From contig OX597814.1 of the NCBI GenBank assembly GCA_951406725.2, forward strand, positions 160,332,001 through 160,396,000: a DNA stretch of 64,000 nt, read 5' to 3'. Below the pieces are notes generated by a model. The model did not search any database and had not been told where the DNA came from. It was given only the letters and a program-made list of their open reading frames with translations. The translations under genes and the position numbers were made by a program. This DNA is from Octopus vulgaris. Its lineage: Eukaryota. Below, piece by piece: positions 42,271 to 56,601 of the stretch (position 1 is its first letter; each line of letters begins with the position of its first letter).

Positions 42271-42891
42271 CATACATACATACATACATACATACATACA
42301 TACATACATACATACATACATACATACATACATGCATGCATACATACATACATACATACATACATACATACATACATACATGCATGCATACATACATACA
42401 TACATACATACATACATACATACATACATACATACATACATACATACATGCATACATACATACATACATACATACATACATACATACATACATACATACA
42501 TACATACATACATACATACATACATACATACATACATACAAACAAACAAAAATACCCTGTTATTGATGTTAAAATTCCAATGAATGAGCCTTGGATCTGG
42601 GTTAGAAACCGGTACTTTATTGGCAAGAAATATTGAAATAAACTGAATTATTACATGCATACATAGTACATTCATACATACATACACACGTCTGCATCTT
42701 GTTGGTATACTTCTCACTGATATTCTTACATACAAAAATACCTTGTTGTTGATGTTGAAATTCCAATGAAGGAGCTTCAGATCTAAGTTAAAAACTAGTT
42801 CTTTCTCTATTGGCAAGAAATCTTGAAAGAAAACTGAATGACATACATACATGCACGCATACATACATACATACATACATACATACATACA

Positions 42892-42920
<29 letters not shown>
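42270..42920. repeat. (CATA)n arrays enclosing two diverged copies of a ~107 bp unit (42547-42652 and 42733-42840)
   Basis: Both copies read CAAAAATACC..GTT.TTGATGTT.AAATTCCAATGAA...TATTGGCAAGAAAT.TTGAAA.AAACTGAAT. Confidence 0.9.
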
Positions 42921-42922
<2 letters not shown>

Positions 42923-43310
42923 GATAACATGTTTACCAGTGTTATCTTTTCACAAGTCTTTTTGTTCAACAATTGGACAATTTTACATGTCGGCTGTTCT
43001 TAAATAACGTGAGACTTACACCTGTTCACCCTCCTTCTATCGTCTGCTGTTACGTAAGGAACACATAGAAACACTAGGCAATCATAGAAAACATTGAACC
43101 ATTATGCAATCGCGGAATATCTTCAAGAATTTCAAAGTATGTTGCTTTACTATTTGTAAGGTATATTATAAAACTGTAATACAGTCAGTTTAAGTTTAGT
43201 TTCCACAGGTATTATATCACAACACGTGTGGAAAGCTCTGATTATATACACTATACGTGTGGAAACTCCTGACTGTCTACATTTTGTACATTACTGACTT
43301 CATATACTTA

Positions 43311-43530
43311 CGAGTGTGTGCTGAAAAGTTCCTGGCTTTGAGTAAAAGAAAACACAGAAGGACCAATCAACTATGATTTTTATTTAACATATCCGCCCCC
43401 CTCTCAGATTCACACACATTGCAGCAGACCTTAAGTTTTTGTAAGCCCTGTAAAAGAACTCGGAAGTTTGAGCTTCCAGCCAGGCCTTTCACGACACCCT
43501 TAAAGCCAGGAACTTTTCAGCACTCCCTCA
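43311..43530. mobile_element. Tc1/mariner-type MITE, copy 3
   Basis: GTGCTGAAAAGTTCCTGGCTTT / AAAGCCAGGAACTTTTCAGCAC inverted termini. Confidence 0.87.
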
Positions 43531-43662
43531 TGTGAGCCAGTGTGGGATGTGTGTTTGTGTGTATGTGTTGGGGATATGTACAGTCTGGCGCTTCAATCCC
43601 ATAGCATTTCTAAAAATGAATATCATTCAATGAAATTCTGAAGAGATATAGTTTCCATGATT

Positions 43663-43812
43663 GGAGGTACGACGCTTAGTGGTTAGAGTGTTGGACACAT
43701 GATAGTAAAATTGTAGTTTTGATTACTGGACCAGGCGATGCATTGTATCCTTGAGCAAAATACTTCATTTCACATTACTCCCCAGTCCTCTCAGCTGGTA
43801 AAATTTAGTAAT
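43663..43812 (+). mobile_element. SINE family B head, diverged
   Basis: GCTTAGTGGTTAG...CTTGAGCAAAA.ACTTCATTTCAC...CTCAGCTGGTAAAA. Confidence 0.75.
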
Positions 43813-44238
43813 TCTGCGACAGATCGTTTCATATAAATCTCCTCTTGCCGATTTTCTTTGCTTATAAATCTTATTAAAACGACATTTCGCAGAAAAACAC
43901 TTTCGAGACTTAAAATTCCGAAATGTTGACCCTTTTACATCTGAAAGAAAAGCGAAAATTGTTAAAGTTGCAGAAATTGACGATAAGAAAATGCTGGATT
44001 GGAGAGAGATTAGTCCCAAACTACCCCCCACCCAAGTTCTTTTTATAAATGTTATCAACAGAATCGTAGTCTAGTCCACCATAAAATATATTTCCGCAAA
44101 ATTTTATTAAATGTGTATATTTTCGGAAACTTATAAGAATTAAAATAGAAGGTCGGGCACGAAACTTAAGTTATATCTCTCTCCCTCTCCCTCCTTCCTT
44201 CTCTCTCTCTCTCTCTCTCCGCACATATATATACATAC

Positions 44239-44336
<98 letters not shown>

Positions 44337-44606
44337 GAAAGACCGATGATGATGATGAGGCAGACAATGGTGGTGGTGATGCTGGGGATGCTGATAGTTA
44401 TGCTGGTGTTGATGGTACTGATGATGATGATGATGATTATGATGATGATGATTATGATGATGATGATTATGATGATGATGATGACGATGACAAGGGTGTA
44501 TGTTTTTGTGTGAACTTCATAAATATGAAAAGAACTTGGGGAGCAATTTTGTTTCCTTTTTTTTGCTTTTGCTTTTTTTACTTTTTGAATGTAAACCATG
44601 AAATAA

Positions 44607-44721
44607 CGTGAAAATATATTTTGTTGTATGTGGGGAGAGTCATACTACCTTGATATCTAACATACTCACCAGTTCAATTTCCACTCATTCATTTGCTATT
44701 ATTGTATGTGTGTATGTGTGC

Positions 44722-44818
<97 letters not shown>

Positions 44819-44975
44819 TTCCAAAATTTTCCATTGCGAAAACTTTTGGAACACACACACACACACACACACACACGAACTAATAAATGACTGAGTGGAA
44901 ATTGAACCAGAACGTGTGTTAGATATTAAGGTAGTATGACTCTCCCTAGACACAGCAAAAATTTGTTTCAACACG
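44607..44975. repeat. Large foldback element: ~90 bp unique arms, (GT)n/(AC)n and a central hairpin
   Basis: GGGAGAGTCATACTACCTT.ATATCTAACA and GTTCAATTTCCACTCA present in both orientations; centre TTCCAAAA...TTTTGGAA. Confidence 0.92.
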
Positions 44976-45470
44976 CGAATTCACATAAAGAATCTTGCAA
45001 ACAAGATACAAAAACGAAGTGAAAATATATATTTTCCCCAATAATATGTATACCAAGTTATATATGTGCACTATATGTATATGTACTATTGGAATTTTCA
45101 TCAGTTGTTAGTCTGTTTCACTCACTAACTTACATCTTTTCGTTTCACACATGTATGTACGTATTTATCTGCCATAACTACTCCGTCATTTCCACTTTCT
45201 CCTCCTTTTCCGCCGCCTCTTCTTCCATCAACACCACTTTCTCCTCTTCTTATTCCTCCTCTCCAACCTCCTTCTCTTTCACCCCCACCAACTCCTTCTC
45301 CTCCTCCTCCTCCGTATATATGATAATTTCTTCCTCATTTTGTGTGGATAGATTTCTTTTACTCCTTCTCTCTCATCAAGCATTCATTTTGCATGGTTTA
45401 TGTACACTCTTTCTCTTTCTCCCGATCTGTATGTGCATAAATACATACATATCTATCTATCCATCTATCC

Positions 45471-45582
<112 letters not shown>

Positions 45583-45593
45583 ATCTATCTATA

Positions 45594-45722
<129 letters not shown>

Positions 45723-45723
45723 T

Positions 45724-45777
<54 letters not shown>

Positions 45778-46648
45778 GTATATATATATTTTACTCTTTC
45801 TTCCTTTCTATACTACGTAAAGCTGTAAAGCTTGACTAAGAAAATCATTCATATATACGTGTGTTTGTGTGTCTGGGTGTCTATGTGTGTGTGTCTGGGT
45901 GTGTTTGTGCCTGTATAAATGCGTGAATATATGAATGAACGTACGTATGTGGTGAATGGGCATATGTATATGTATGTGTATATGTATATATATGTATGTT
46001 TGTATGGCTGACTGGCTGGATTGATAGATGGATGCGTATAGCAGTGGAAGCTGCAGCGAGCTAAACATATCCTCCTGCCTCGGGCAGCCCAGCATCCATC
46101 ATTGAGAAAACTCCACTCCGGCCGACATTCCCGCATATCCTTTCCATCGACTCCCTTAACGACTAATGTTCTCCACTCAATCGCCCCAAAACATATCCGG
46201 TGGAACAACAAACTATTTTTCTCCCTCATATAACATTTACCTCACGAACTCCCATCGAGCTGTATCGTTCCTTTACGGTAAAACTCCCTGGTTCAGCCTA
46301 TTTTCCCCCTAAGCACATATTCCACGACCACAGTAAACGTAAACCATTAACCACAGCAAACTCAACTAATTGTTCGAAAACTTCCCGCGTTCACTTTGGG
46401 AGGGTCTCGCCACCATATGAGGCCATCCCCTCATTTCCGATTTAGTAATGCATACAGATCTGTGTATACGTGTGCATACACATATACTCCGTGTGTGTGT
46501 GTGTATGTGTGTGCGTATGATCTTTGAACTTCGACTCTGCCTTTTCATGTTTTCTATGAGAATTTCTGTCTCTCCCAGTCTCTCCCCTCTCTCCCGCTCC
46601 AACTATATCTATCAATATCTACACACACTCACATATATATACATAAAC

Positions 46649-46704
<56 letters not shown>

Positions 46705-46776
46705 GTATATATATAAATATATATACATATACATATATATATACATATACATATATATACATATACATATATATAC

Positions 46777-46877
<101 letters not shown>

Positions 46878-47094
46878 GAAGAAATGGCTGCAGTTTCTCT
46901 TATATAAGAAACAATTTGAAGGTGCTGTTGTTGACCTTTCGATCATATTCTTTCACAATTTGCAAGTTTCTTTGATCAATAAAGTCCTTTTTTTTTGCCA
47001 GGTATTCATAATTTCATCTGTTATAATTTCTAGCATTGTTATTTCGTATTTTTTTTCAATGTTATAGTGCATAGCAATGCCTTGTTATATAATA

Positions 47095-47130
<36 letters not shown>

Positions 47131-47394
47131 TGTATGTATGTATGTATGTATGTATGTATGTATGTATGTATGTATGCATGTATGTATGTATGTATGTATG
47201 TATGTATGTATGTATGTATATATGTATGTATATGTATATTCTTTAATTAAACTGATTTTGTTTAATATAGGGGCATTTACAAGTTGAACTGTGTATAAAT
47301 ATCGAAAACACGTTAATAATGGGTTTGAAATTAAATCATGAGCACGGCACAGCACCGTTTATATTTGCTTTTATATTTGTTTTATTAATCTAGT

Positions 47395-47614
47395 AAGGTG
47401 GCAGAATCATTAGCGCGTCGAAAAAAATGCTGCTAAGCATTTTTCCAGTTGAGTTTAAGTTCTGCCGAAGTCGACTTTGCCTTTCATCCTTTCGGAGTTG
47501 GTATAAATAACTAAAATACCTGCAATTTCAACACAAACAACGACAGCAACCATTATTCTGGTAGTTGTGTGTGCAGATATTTTTCCTGTTGTTGTTGACG
47601 ACGACGACGACGAC

Positions 47615-47648
<34 letters not shown>

Positions 47649-47969
47649 GTGGTGCTGGTGCTGGTGGTGCTGGTGCTGGTGCTGGTGCTGGTGGTGGTGG
47701 TAGTCAACCCTTAGTCAGCCCGAAACGGCTGGAATGCCTTTAACCATGGGTCTATGAGCCAGTAGCAGCAGTATCTTAAACAATGGTTGGGGGAAGGGGC
47801 TAAGTCGATTGGGTTGACCCCAGTACCTAACCGGAACTTATGTCATTGAGCCCGGAAGACGAAAGGCGAAGACGACCTCGTCGGTATTTGAACTCAGAAC
47901 ATAAAGCTGGAAGAAATGCCAATTAGCATTTTATCCGGCGTGCTAACGATTCTGCTAGCTCACCGCCTT
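47395..47969. mobile_element. Two SINE family C copies in opposite orientation (47395-47510 plus, about 47805-47969 minus)
   Basis: GTCGACTTTGCCTTTCATCCTTTCGG on plus; TTTGAACTCAGAAC...GCTAACGATTCTGCTAGCTCACCGCCTT on minus. Confidence 0.75.
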
Positions 47970-48084
47970 CAGCATCTTAAATAATGGAAAACATTTCAAC
48001 ATAAACCCAAAACTTCAAACTATAAATAGTTTATTGACACTACATGATTTTAAGTAGTTATTGGTATCCAAATAATCGGTTGAG

Positions 48085-48345
48085 AACAATAGCCCCAGAC
48101 TGACCAAAACCTTGTGAATGGATTTGGTAGACGGAAACTGAAAGAAACCACCGGGTGTATGTGTATGTGTGCGCGCGTACGTGTGTGTGTGTGTGAGCGT
48201 GAGTGTGCATGTGTGCGTCTTTTTTCCAGGTTTTTCCTCCACCACCGCTTGACAACCTGCGTTGGTGTGTTTATATCCCCGTAATTTAGTGTTCAGGGCG
48301 GTGCTGCACTCTAATAGCTGAAACATGTAAGAGGCAAATGAAAGA
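48085..48345 (+). mobile_element. SINE family A, 5'-truncated
   Basis: GGATTTGGTAGACGGAAACTGAAAGAA...TTGGTGTGTTTA...CCCCGTAA. Confidence 0.75.
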
Positions 48346-48526
48346 AAATACATACATACATACATAGAAATATACATACGTACGTACGTACATAGAGATG
48401 TATATTATACAGGATGATGAATATAAACGGTCACTAGATAAATGTGTTTATTTAAATATGAAATGTTCTATTTATATTTTACATATTCTTTTACTTCTTA
48501 TATTTGCTATGTACAAATATAAAAAG

Positions 48527-48840
48527 TGGAGGTGCAATGGCCCAGTAGTTATGGCAGCGGACTCGCGGTCGGAGGATCGCAGTTTCGATTCTCAGACCAG
48601 GCGTTGTGCGTGTTTATTGAGCGAAAAGACGTAAAAGCTCCACGAGGATCCGGCAGGCGGGGGGCTGGCGACCCCTGTTGTACTCTTTCGCCCCAATTTT
48701 CTCTCACTCTCTCTTCCTGTTTCTTGAGTAACGCTGCGATGGACTGGCGTCCCGTCCAGCTGTAGAAAACACATACGCTACAGAAACCGGGAAACCGGAC
48801 CCATGAGCCTGGCTAAGCTTGAAAAGGGCACATGAATAAA
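48527..48840 (+). mobile_element. tRNA-derived SINE, family B variant with Meta-domain-like 3' part
   Basis: TGGCCCAGTAG A box, GTTTCGATTCT B box, GCGATGGACTGGCGTCCCGTCCAG...GCTACAGAAACCGGGAAACCGG, A-rich tail. Confidence 0.85.
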
Positions 48841-49498
48841 AAAAAAAACAAATATAAAAAATACATATGCAGAAATTCCTCTCATAATTCACATATGCGC
48901 TTATTTGCAGAAGAAAAACACTCGTAATTATACACACCGGAATTTTGAATAAAATCAATGGGTCTGATTTGAAGCCATCAGAATGATTAAATTTGGGAGT
49001 GCGTTTATTAGAAACAATTCTTTTTTTTTTAGGGGAGTGAGGACTGACCCCTACAGGATGAAACTTTCTTTGAAATCTCACTGGTCAAACTTTCCAGTAT
49101 AATTTCAGAAATTGCGTTAAACATTTTCGATTTATGTACATTTTCTAATTTGCATTATGCAAACGTTGGTTCGCTCGTAATTAACTTAAAACCCCCTCGA
49201 GATGAATACCTGCAAGATGCTTTAACTCTTCTATCTCCAGCTTAAATTCATTTGAATATTATATTAGAGTGAAAGAATTGCACCCAGCACGCAGTCTTTG
49301 TTATCTGGTACGGGAGGGATGGTAAAGGAAAATTAGTGCTGTTACAATTCACTTGAATTATTTGATTAACGTCGAATGAACGAAAATCAGTGTCCAAAAT
49401 AAGAAAATACCCCAAATGAACTGTTAGGAAAGAAACTTGGAACATGCCCATACATTTATTGAAGTAGATCTTCATTGATTGAGGTGACGCCAGAATGA

Positions 49499-49530
<32 letters not shown>

Positions 49531-49869
49531 GAGTGTATTTTTACCTTGTTAACAATTAACACGGAAAAAATAAATAAATAGTTACCAGGGCAGCAAAAAC
49601 ATGTGACGAAAGTAAAAATATTTGATTACACCTGCGTTAACTTCACTTTTTTTATTATATATATATATATTCCACTGCATCTGAAATCTGCAATGGCTAC
49701 ATAACTACCGTCCCAGCTATAATCTTCGAGGTCTAGTAATCCGTTACAGCACTTTCCTAGCGTACCTAATCGTTTAGATCACCTGTGAACTAACCCCACC
49801 CCCATTCTTTGTGTGTGTGTGTATATATATATATATATACATACATATAAATATAAATATATATATTCG

Positions 49870-50078
49870 TTTCAAATTTTGGCACAAGGTCAGCCATTTT
49901 GGAGGAAGCGGTTAAGTCGATTACTTCGACCCCAATACTCAACTGGGATTTATTTTATCGACTCCGAAAGGATAAAAGGCAAAGTCGACCTCGACGGAAT
50001 TTGGACACAGAACGTAAATATGGACAAAATACTACTAACCATTTTGGCCTGAGTGCTAACGATTATGTCTGCTCACCT
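49870..50078 (-). mobile_element. SINE family C
   Basis: TTTCAAATTTTGGCACAAGG...AAAGGCAAAGTCGACCTCG...GCTAACGATT. Confidence 0.8.
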
Positions 50079-50172
50079 TATATATATATATATATATATA
50101 GCATAGAAATAAAATTCCCATAGTGGGTTACTTTCATAACCCCTATCTTACTTTGTACTATATTTTTATATA

Positions 50173-50226
<54 letters not shown>

Positions 50227-51019
50227 ATGTATGTATGTATGTGTATGTATGTATGTATGTATACTGTTTAGAAAGATGTGCTCAGAATTCTACTGAGGTA
50301 ATCTCGTAATTTCTCGCATCCAAATACCGTCGTCGCCGTCACCGCCGTTGTGGATGTTTTTGCTTTTTTTCTTGTATAGCCCATCTATATATCAGATCTA
50401 TGATCAAAATTGTTCTGGCTACGACATTCTTATCTTTGATTTAGACCGTGTATCTCGAACCCATTATCATATGTGTCTATCCACTGCGACTTAAGAACGT
50501 ATGGTGTTGTTTCAGGGAGTTCTGGTGGCCATTTCTATTGAGTTGAGTCACTGCGTAGAGCTCTTCCCCTCTGAGTTGGCTGGCAGAAATATGACTCACT
50601 GAAATATCGGATGCCTCCCACTTATTTATTAACAATTGTTACTATTTTCACTTCAGGATGGCGTCCTACATATTCAAATAGATGCTGTTTGTCTTCTGTT
50701 ATTTAACACCATTCAACTAAAACCTCAGACAACTCTACAAATACTTATTATTGAATCCAAACAGCCATAGCAGTCAATATTTTATAAATTGCTACAGTCT
50801 AACGAGGCAGTAAATGCTCATTGATCGGTTCTCAATAGATCATTGTATCATCACGAAGCTCTTGTCAGTAGGACAGTTACATCTTCAGCTATGAAAGTCC
50901 GTATCTCCAACAGAAGCTACTAACTAAACTGTTTACTCGGATGACTTGCACGAAAAAAGTATACTTCTGCTATATTTGTGATATTTGCGACATTTTTATT
51001 TCTATGCTATAATACTGTC

Positions 51020-51346
51020 TTACTCTCTTACTTGTTTCAGTCATTTGACTGTGGCCATGCTGGAGCACCGCCTTTAGTCGAGCAAATCGACTCCCAGGAC
51101 TTATTCTTTGTAAGCCTAGCGATGTTAGGGGGACAAACACAGACACACAAACATATACACACATATATCTATATACATATATACGACGGGCTTCTTTCAG
51201 TTTCCGTCTACCAAATCCACTCACAAGGCTTTGGTCAGCCCGAGGCTATAGTAGAAGACACTTGCCCAAGGTGTCACGCAGTGGGACTGAACCCGGAACC
51301 ATGTGGCTCGTAAACAAGCTACTTACCACACAGCTACTCCTACGCC
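51020..51346 (-). mobile_element. SINE family A with internal deletion
   Basis: Reverse complement of 38031-38405. Confidence 0.9.
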
Positions 51347-51728
51347 TATAATGTTTATTTATGTAAGATGTTTTATTTTTTAATGTTAAATTCGGTTATC
51401 AGAGTACATTTAGAAAATGTTTTTCATTTTTATTTTAAGTTTTCGAGTGAACATTCTTAGTACCCTCGGCTTCATCCGTTATTTTCCGGTATTAATTCCT
51501 ATACTTTACTAGCTTTGCATATACGTAGTAATTTTGTTCTTTGCCATCCGCTGATGAAAGCATCTGAAAAAATGGGAACGATAGGAAAGAATATCCATAT
51601 CTAATCCATGGTAATATATAGCTTTTATGGTGTATACAAAACCGAACGAAGTCAAACAGCTGTGTCTAATTTTCAGGAAAGATCCTATGTTGATAATCTG
51701 GATAAATTAATCAACAGTGGTTTTTTGC

Positions 51729-51786
<58 letters not shown>

Positions 51787-52162
51787 CGTTGATTTATTGA
51801 TGTATATTGTATATTGTTGTGATTTATTTAATATTGTTGCAAGGTATATAGTAATTTTATTATCAAATGATTTTTAATATGGTGGTTGGGTTTTTCAGTA
51901 TATTTATTTATACAATGAATGACAGTTTTATATAGAAATTATAAGTTACAATTGAATAAATTTGTGCCACTATCTGATGTTATACATATAATTTAAATTT
52001 AAAAAATTTGGTTGAAAGTAAAGTAAGATGATGATTATATTAAATTTATAATTTTACACGCAAGGAATATCTTTTATATCTTTTATAAATATACAATTTT
52101 AATCCAGCTATAAATAATAGATACAATGAATACCATACAACAGAAGTTTATCTCAGCGAAGT

Positions 52163-52261
52163 GACTAGTTTCGGATCTTGTTAGCTCTTCGTCAGAGAAA
52201 GAACAACCATGTTCTATAATACTTTTCACTGATGAAAATCTGACAATATCAGAAACTGGTT
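52163..52261. ncRNA. Palindromic pair of hammerhead-core motifs (52163-52195 minus; 52229-52261 plus)
   Basis: Minus CTGACGA AGAGCTAACAAGATCC GAAA CTAG TC; plus CTGATGA AAATCTGACAATATCA GAAA CTGG TT; stem I not evident. Confidence 0.55.
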
Positions 52262-52341
52262 AAGCTGAAGCTATTTTTTTTTCTCCACAGAAAGAGAACG
52301 TTCTGTGATGATGATGATATATACATACATACATACATACA

Positions 52342-52402
<61 letters not shown>

Positions 52403-52497
52403 TTTTATTTATATTGATTACTTTTATGATGTGACAAAAATTGCGTTTATTCAAACAGATATGACTTACATTTCATTGATACATGCGCACGAACGCT

Positions 52498-52554
<57 letters not shown>

Positions 52555-52998
52555 ACACACACACACGCACACACACACATCGCATCACATCACACTGCAC
52601 ATGTGTACCACACAGACACATTCTGTGTCTTTCAATCATGGAAACACAAAAACTAAGTAGGTGATTGAGAAATTACCTTAACAAAAACCTTACAAATAAA
52701 TAAATAAATATAAGTGTGTATGTGTATATGTACACATATATATATGTGCATGTATATATGCATGCATTAAGTAAATGTGTATGTATATGTTTGTGAGAGT
52801 ACTTCATTTTGCAAAAAACAGATAAATTTTTGCTATTTGTAGGAACTGTAGAGACTGTTTCTGAGTGGGTGAGAGAGAGAAAGAGACGAAGTAGAAAGAC
52901 CATTCTGCTTGCTTGTCTATTTTCTTCTTTGCCTCTCACCTTTCTCAGTTACATACCACATGCACACACAGCCACAGACACACAGAACATTACATATG

Positions 52999-53033
<35 letters not shown>

Positions 53034-53114
53034 GTATAAATATATATGTATATGCATATGTGTGAGTGAGTATATACACGCAGACATACACACATGTATA
53101 TATAGATATGTCTG

Positions 53115-53154
<40 letters not shown>

Positions 53155-53326
53155 CATGTATGTATGTATGTACGTACGTATGTATGTATGTATGTACGTA
53201 TGTATGTATGTATGTATGTACGTACGTATGCATATATGTATGTATGTAAGTATGTATGCATGTATGTATGTATGTGTGTATGTATGTATGTACGTACGTA
53301 TGCATATATGTATGTATGTATGTATG

Positions 53327-53360
<34 letters not shown>

Positions 53361-54432
53361 TGTATGTATGTATGTATGTATGTATTCGCTTTGCTTACTC
53401 TTCTTTCCGCTCGCCCATTGGTTATGATGTACACATCCCTCTGTCTCTCTGATTCTTTCTTTCATACACCATTGTTTTGTTTTTTTTTTAACTTTTTCTT
53501 TGTTTACCACACACACACTCGCACGCGTACCATCTTGCACTCTCTCTCTCTCTCTCTCTATCTCCGTTTCTCTTTCCGTTCTTCTTCCTTACTCTCCTTC
53601 CCTCCATCTCACAGTTATTCAATCACTCACCTTGTTCTTCCTAAACTCAGTTCAGTGTTCTTTCCACCAAACAATACATCCACCCAACTTCTCTCTCTCT
53701 CTCTCTATTGTTTTTCTTTCTTTCTTTCTTATTTCATTCAGTTTTGCTTATTTATAATTTCTAACTTACTGTTTCACAGTTTACTGAACAATCTTTGGTC
53801 TTTCCCCTCCCTTGCTCTCTTTACCAAAATTTAGTTCACACCGTTCACACCATTTCTTACTTTCCTCCACCTTACAACCACTCTACTAACGTGTTTCCTT
53901 TATATCACTCAAAATCGTTAATTATTCTTTTATTTCTGTATTGAGATACAATTTTCAACTTTTTTTCTTCTTTTGTTGTTTCTTCTTCCTAGATTTTTTT
54001 TCTTCCTCCTATATCTTTCATTTCCCGCCGTTGTTTGTTATTGTTGTTGTTGCTGATGATGATGATAATGACGGTGATGATGATACGTATATATTTTTTA
54101 TTTCCTAACCTTTGATTTCTTTCTTTTCCATATTCTATCTTCGTCACTTTCAACATTTTTCACCTAACTCTTCATCATTTCATCCTTCTTTTCTCAACAA
54201 CTCTCCCGCCTCTTCCCCTTCTTCGTTTTCCATTCTCTCTTCTTCAACATTTTCCTCCACTCGTTTTTCCTCTCCTTGATCCTTCTCGCTCAACTCTATT
54301 TTTTCCCTCTTCTTTCTGTCATGTTATCATTTCTTATATTCCATCGTTTACGATTCGTATTCAATAATGCCTCTAAGGAAATAACGAGTTCTTTATCTTT
54401 CTTGTCGTTGTTTATATATATGTGTGTGTGTG

Positions 54433-54491
<59 letters not shown>

Positions 54492-54502
54492 GTGTGTGTA
54501 TG

Positions 54503-54549
<47 letters not shown>

Positions 54550-55650
54550 ATGTATGTATGTATATATATATATATATATATACATAATTATGTATATGTT
54601 TATATGTATATATATATATGTATGTATGTGTGTATGTATATATATATATATATATATGCATATATGTATGTATGTGTATATATGTATATATACATACACA
54701 CACACACATACACACACACACACATGTATATATATATATACGAAAACGACTTTGACTTGCACAAGAAATAAAAGGCAGCGGAACACGAAAAAAAAATGAC
54801 TAAGAAAACACGTACAGAAAATATAGCAAGAGGTTTTCCTCAATTTCTCACCTATTCTTCCCGCCATACACATGCACAAAATGACAAGGGTAGGAGAATA
54901 CAGCATACCATCTTTTCTGAAAACAAAAGAACACTCTGATGGCCGCTTGCATCATTTATTCCCTCCTCAAGGCGATACAGAAGCGAGGTATAATTTTCTT
55001 CACGATTGACAAAAATGGCGTCTTCACTATGTGTGAATTACGATAAATTTACTGAACTTCCCCCACTTTTATTCCCCGATTTCTCTTTCTCGTTCGCAAT
55101 CTCTATCTCTCTCTTCCTCTCTGTCCCCCTCTTTCTCTCTTCCTCTCTATATCTCTACATCTCTCCCTCTATCTTATACTCCGTCTCTCTGAAACAAAAT
55201 GATATGTAATTATCTAGACTTGTGTCTAAACTCGTAAAATGACGCGGAATATTATTTGGACTATTGCGTTTCTTTTATGAAAGGAACAAAAACAATAATA
55301 ATAATGAGAAGAGTACTGTTTTCTATACTGTGTTGATCATAACGTAGTCTAGCGATCAAGGTGGCGGGCTGGCATAAACCATCTGTAAGAAAAAAAATAT
55401 AGGCGCCTTTTGTTTGACTTTTTTTTAGCTAATTCTCAGTAGAGATACAGACATGATTCTGTGTGAGTCTATATCTGCATGCGTCTCTCTCTCTCTTGTT
55501 ATAGATAGTATGCGTGGGTTTGGATGTTTACGCGTTTGTACGCGTATCCGTATTTATTTTGTATGACAGCGTCTGTGAGGGAATCAAGTGCATACGTATG
55601 CAAACCCACTCACACGCAAAGACACACATTGAGACACACACTCACACACA

Positions 55651-55716
<66 letters not shown>

Positions 55717-55989
55717 CATATACATATATATATAATTACATATATATATATGTGTGTGTGAGTGTATGTATACATAATGAAATGTCTAGTTGATGACGCG
55801 TACGCTCTGTTTGTGAAACTCCGAGTAGTAGTGAAGTGATCACCAATTGTTAATCTATGTACTAGTCAAATCATGTACTGAATATCATTTTCTTTCCTAT
55901 GTTTATATAAGTGTGTGCATGTGTGTATGTATGTGCACGCGTGTGTGTGTGCATGTATGTTTGTATCGCTATATGTAGTAATGTATACA

Positions 55990-56029
<40 letters not shown>

Positions 56030-56601
56030 TATCAGACACATACATATATATATGTGTGTGTGTGTGTACATACGCTCAAGTGTATGCGTGTATCTTATTT
56101 TAAGTGTAAGTCTACATGGGTACGTTTTGGCAGCATTTATGGAGTGGTGCAATAGAAGTAATAACCAGAAAGAATAAGTTATGTGCCAAAAATAGCGAGA
56201 ACGAACTAATATAATGTTATGAAAATTATATGGATTGTAAAGAAGAGCATAAAGTTTAAAATAGATCTAAATATATTGATCAATGAGAAGCAGGAACAAT
56301 ATATGTTTAAGTACCGAATGAAAGAAGAGAAAAGTGTATGTTGCTGTTTGTTTCATGTCGACCTTCACCCTGCGATCATGACCTGTGAAGGGGATTTTAT
56401 CAAAGGCTGCAAAGTTTCATTCACGTGCCCTGCGTATACATACATACATACATACATACATACATACATACATACATACATACATACACACATACATACA
56501 TATATACATGCATACCTACATACATACATACATACATACATACATACATACATACATACATACATACATACATACATACATACATACATACATACATACA
56601 T

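Noticed and set aside
51545-51580. CTGATGA...GAAA hammerhead-like match
   Set aside because: Only a 2 bp stem II, and no stem III or cleavage triplet
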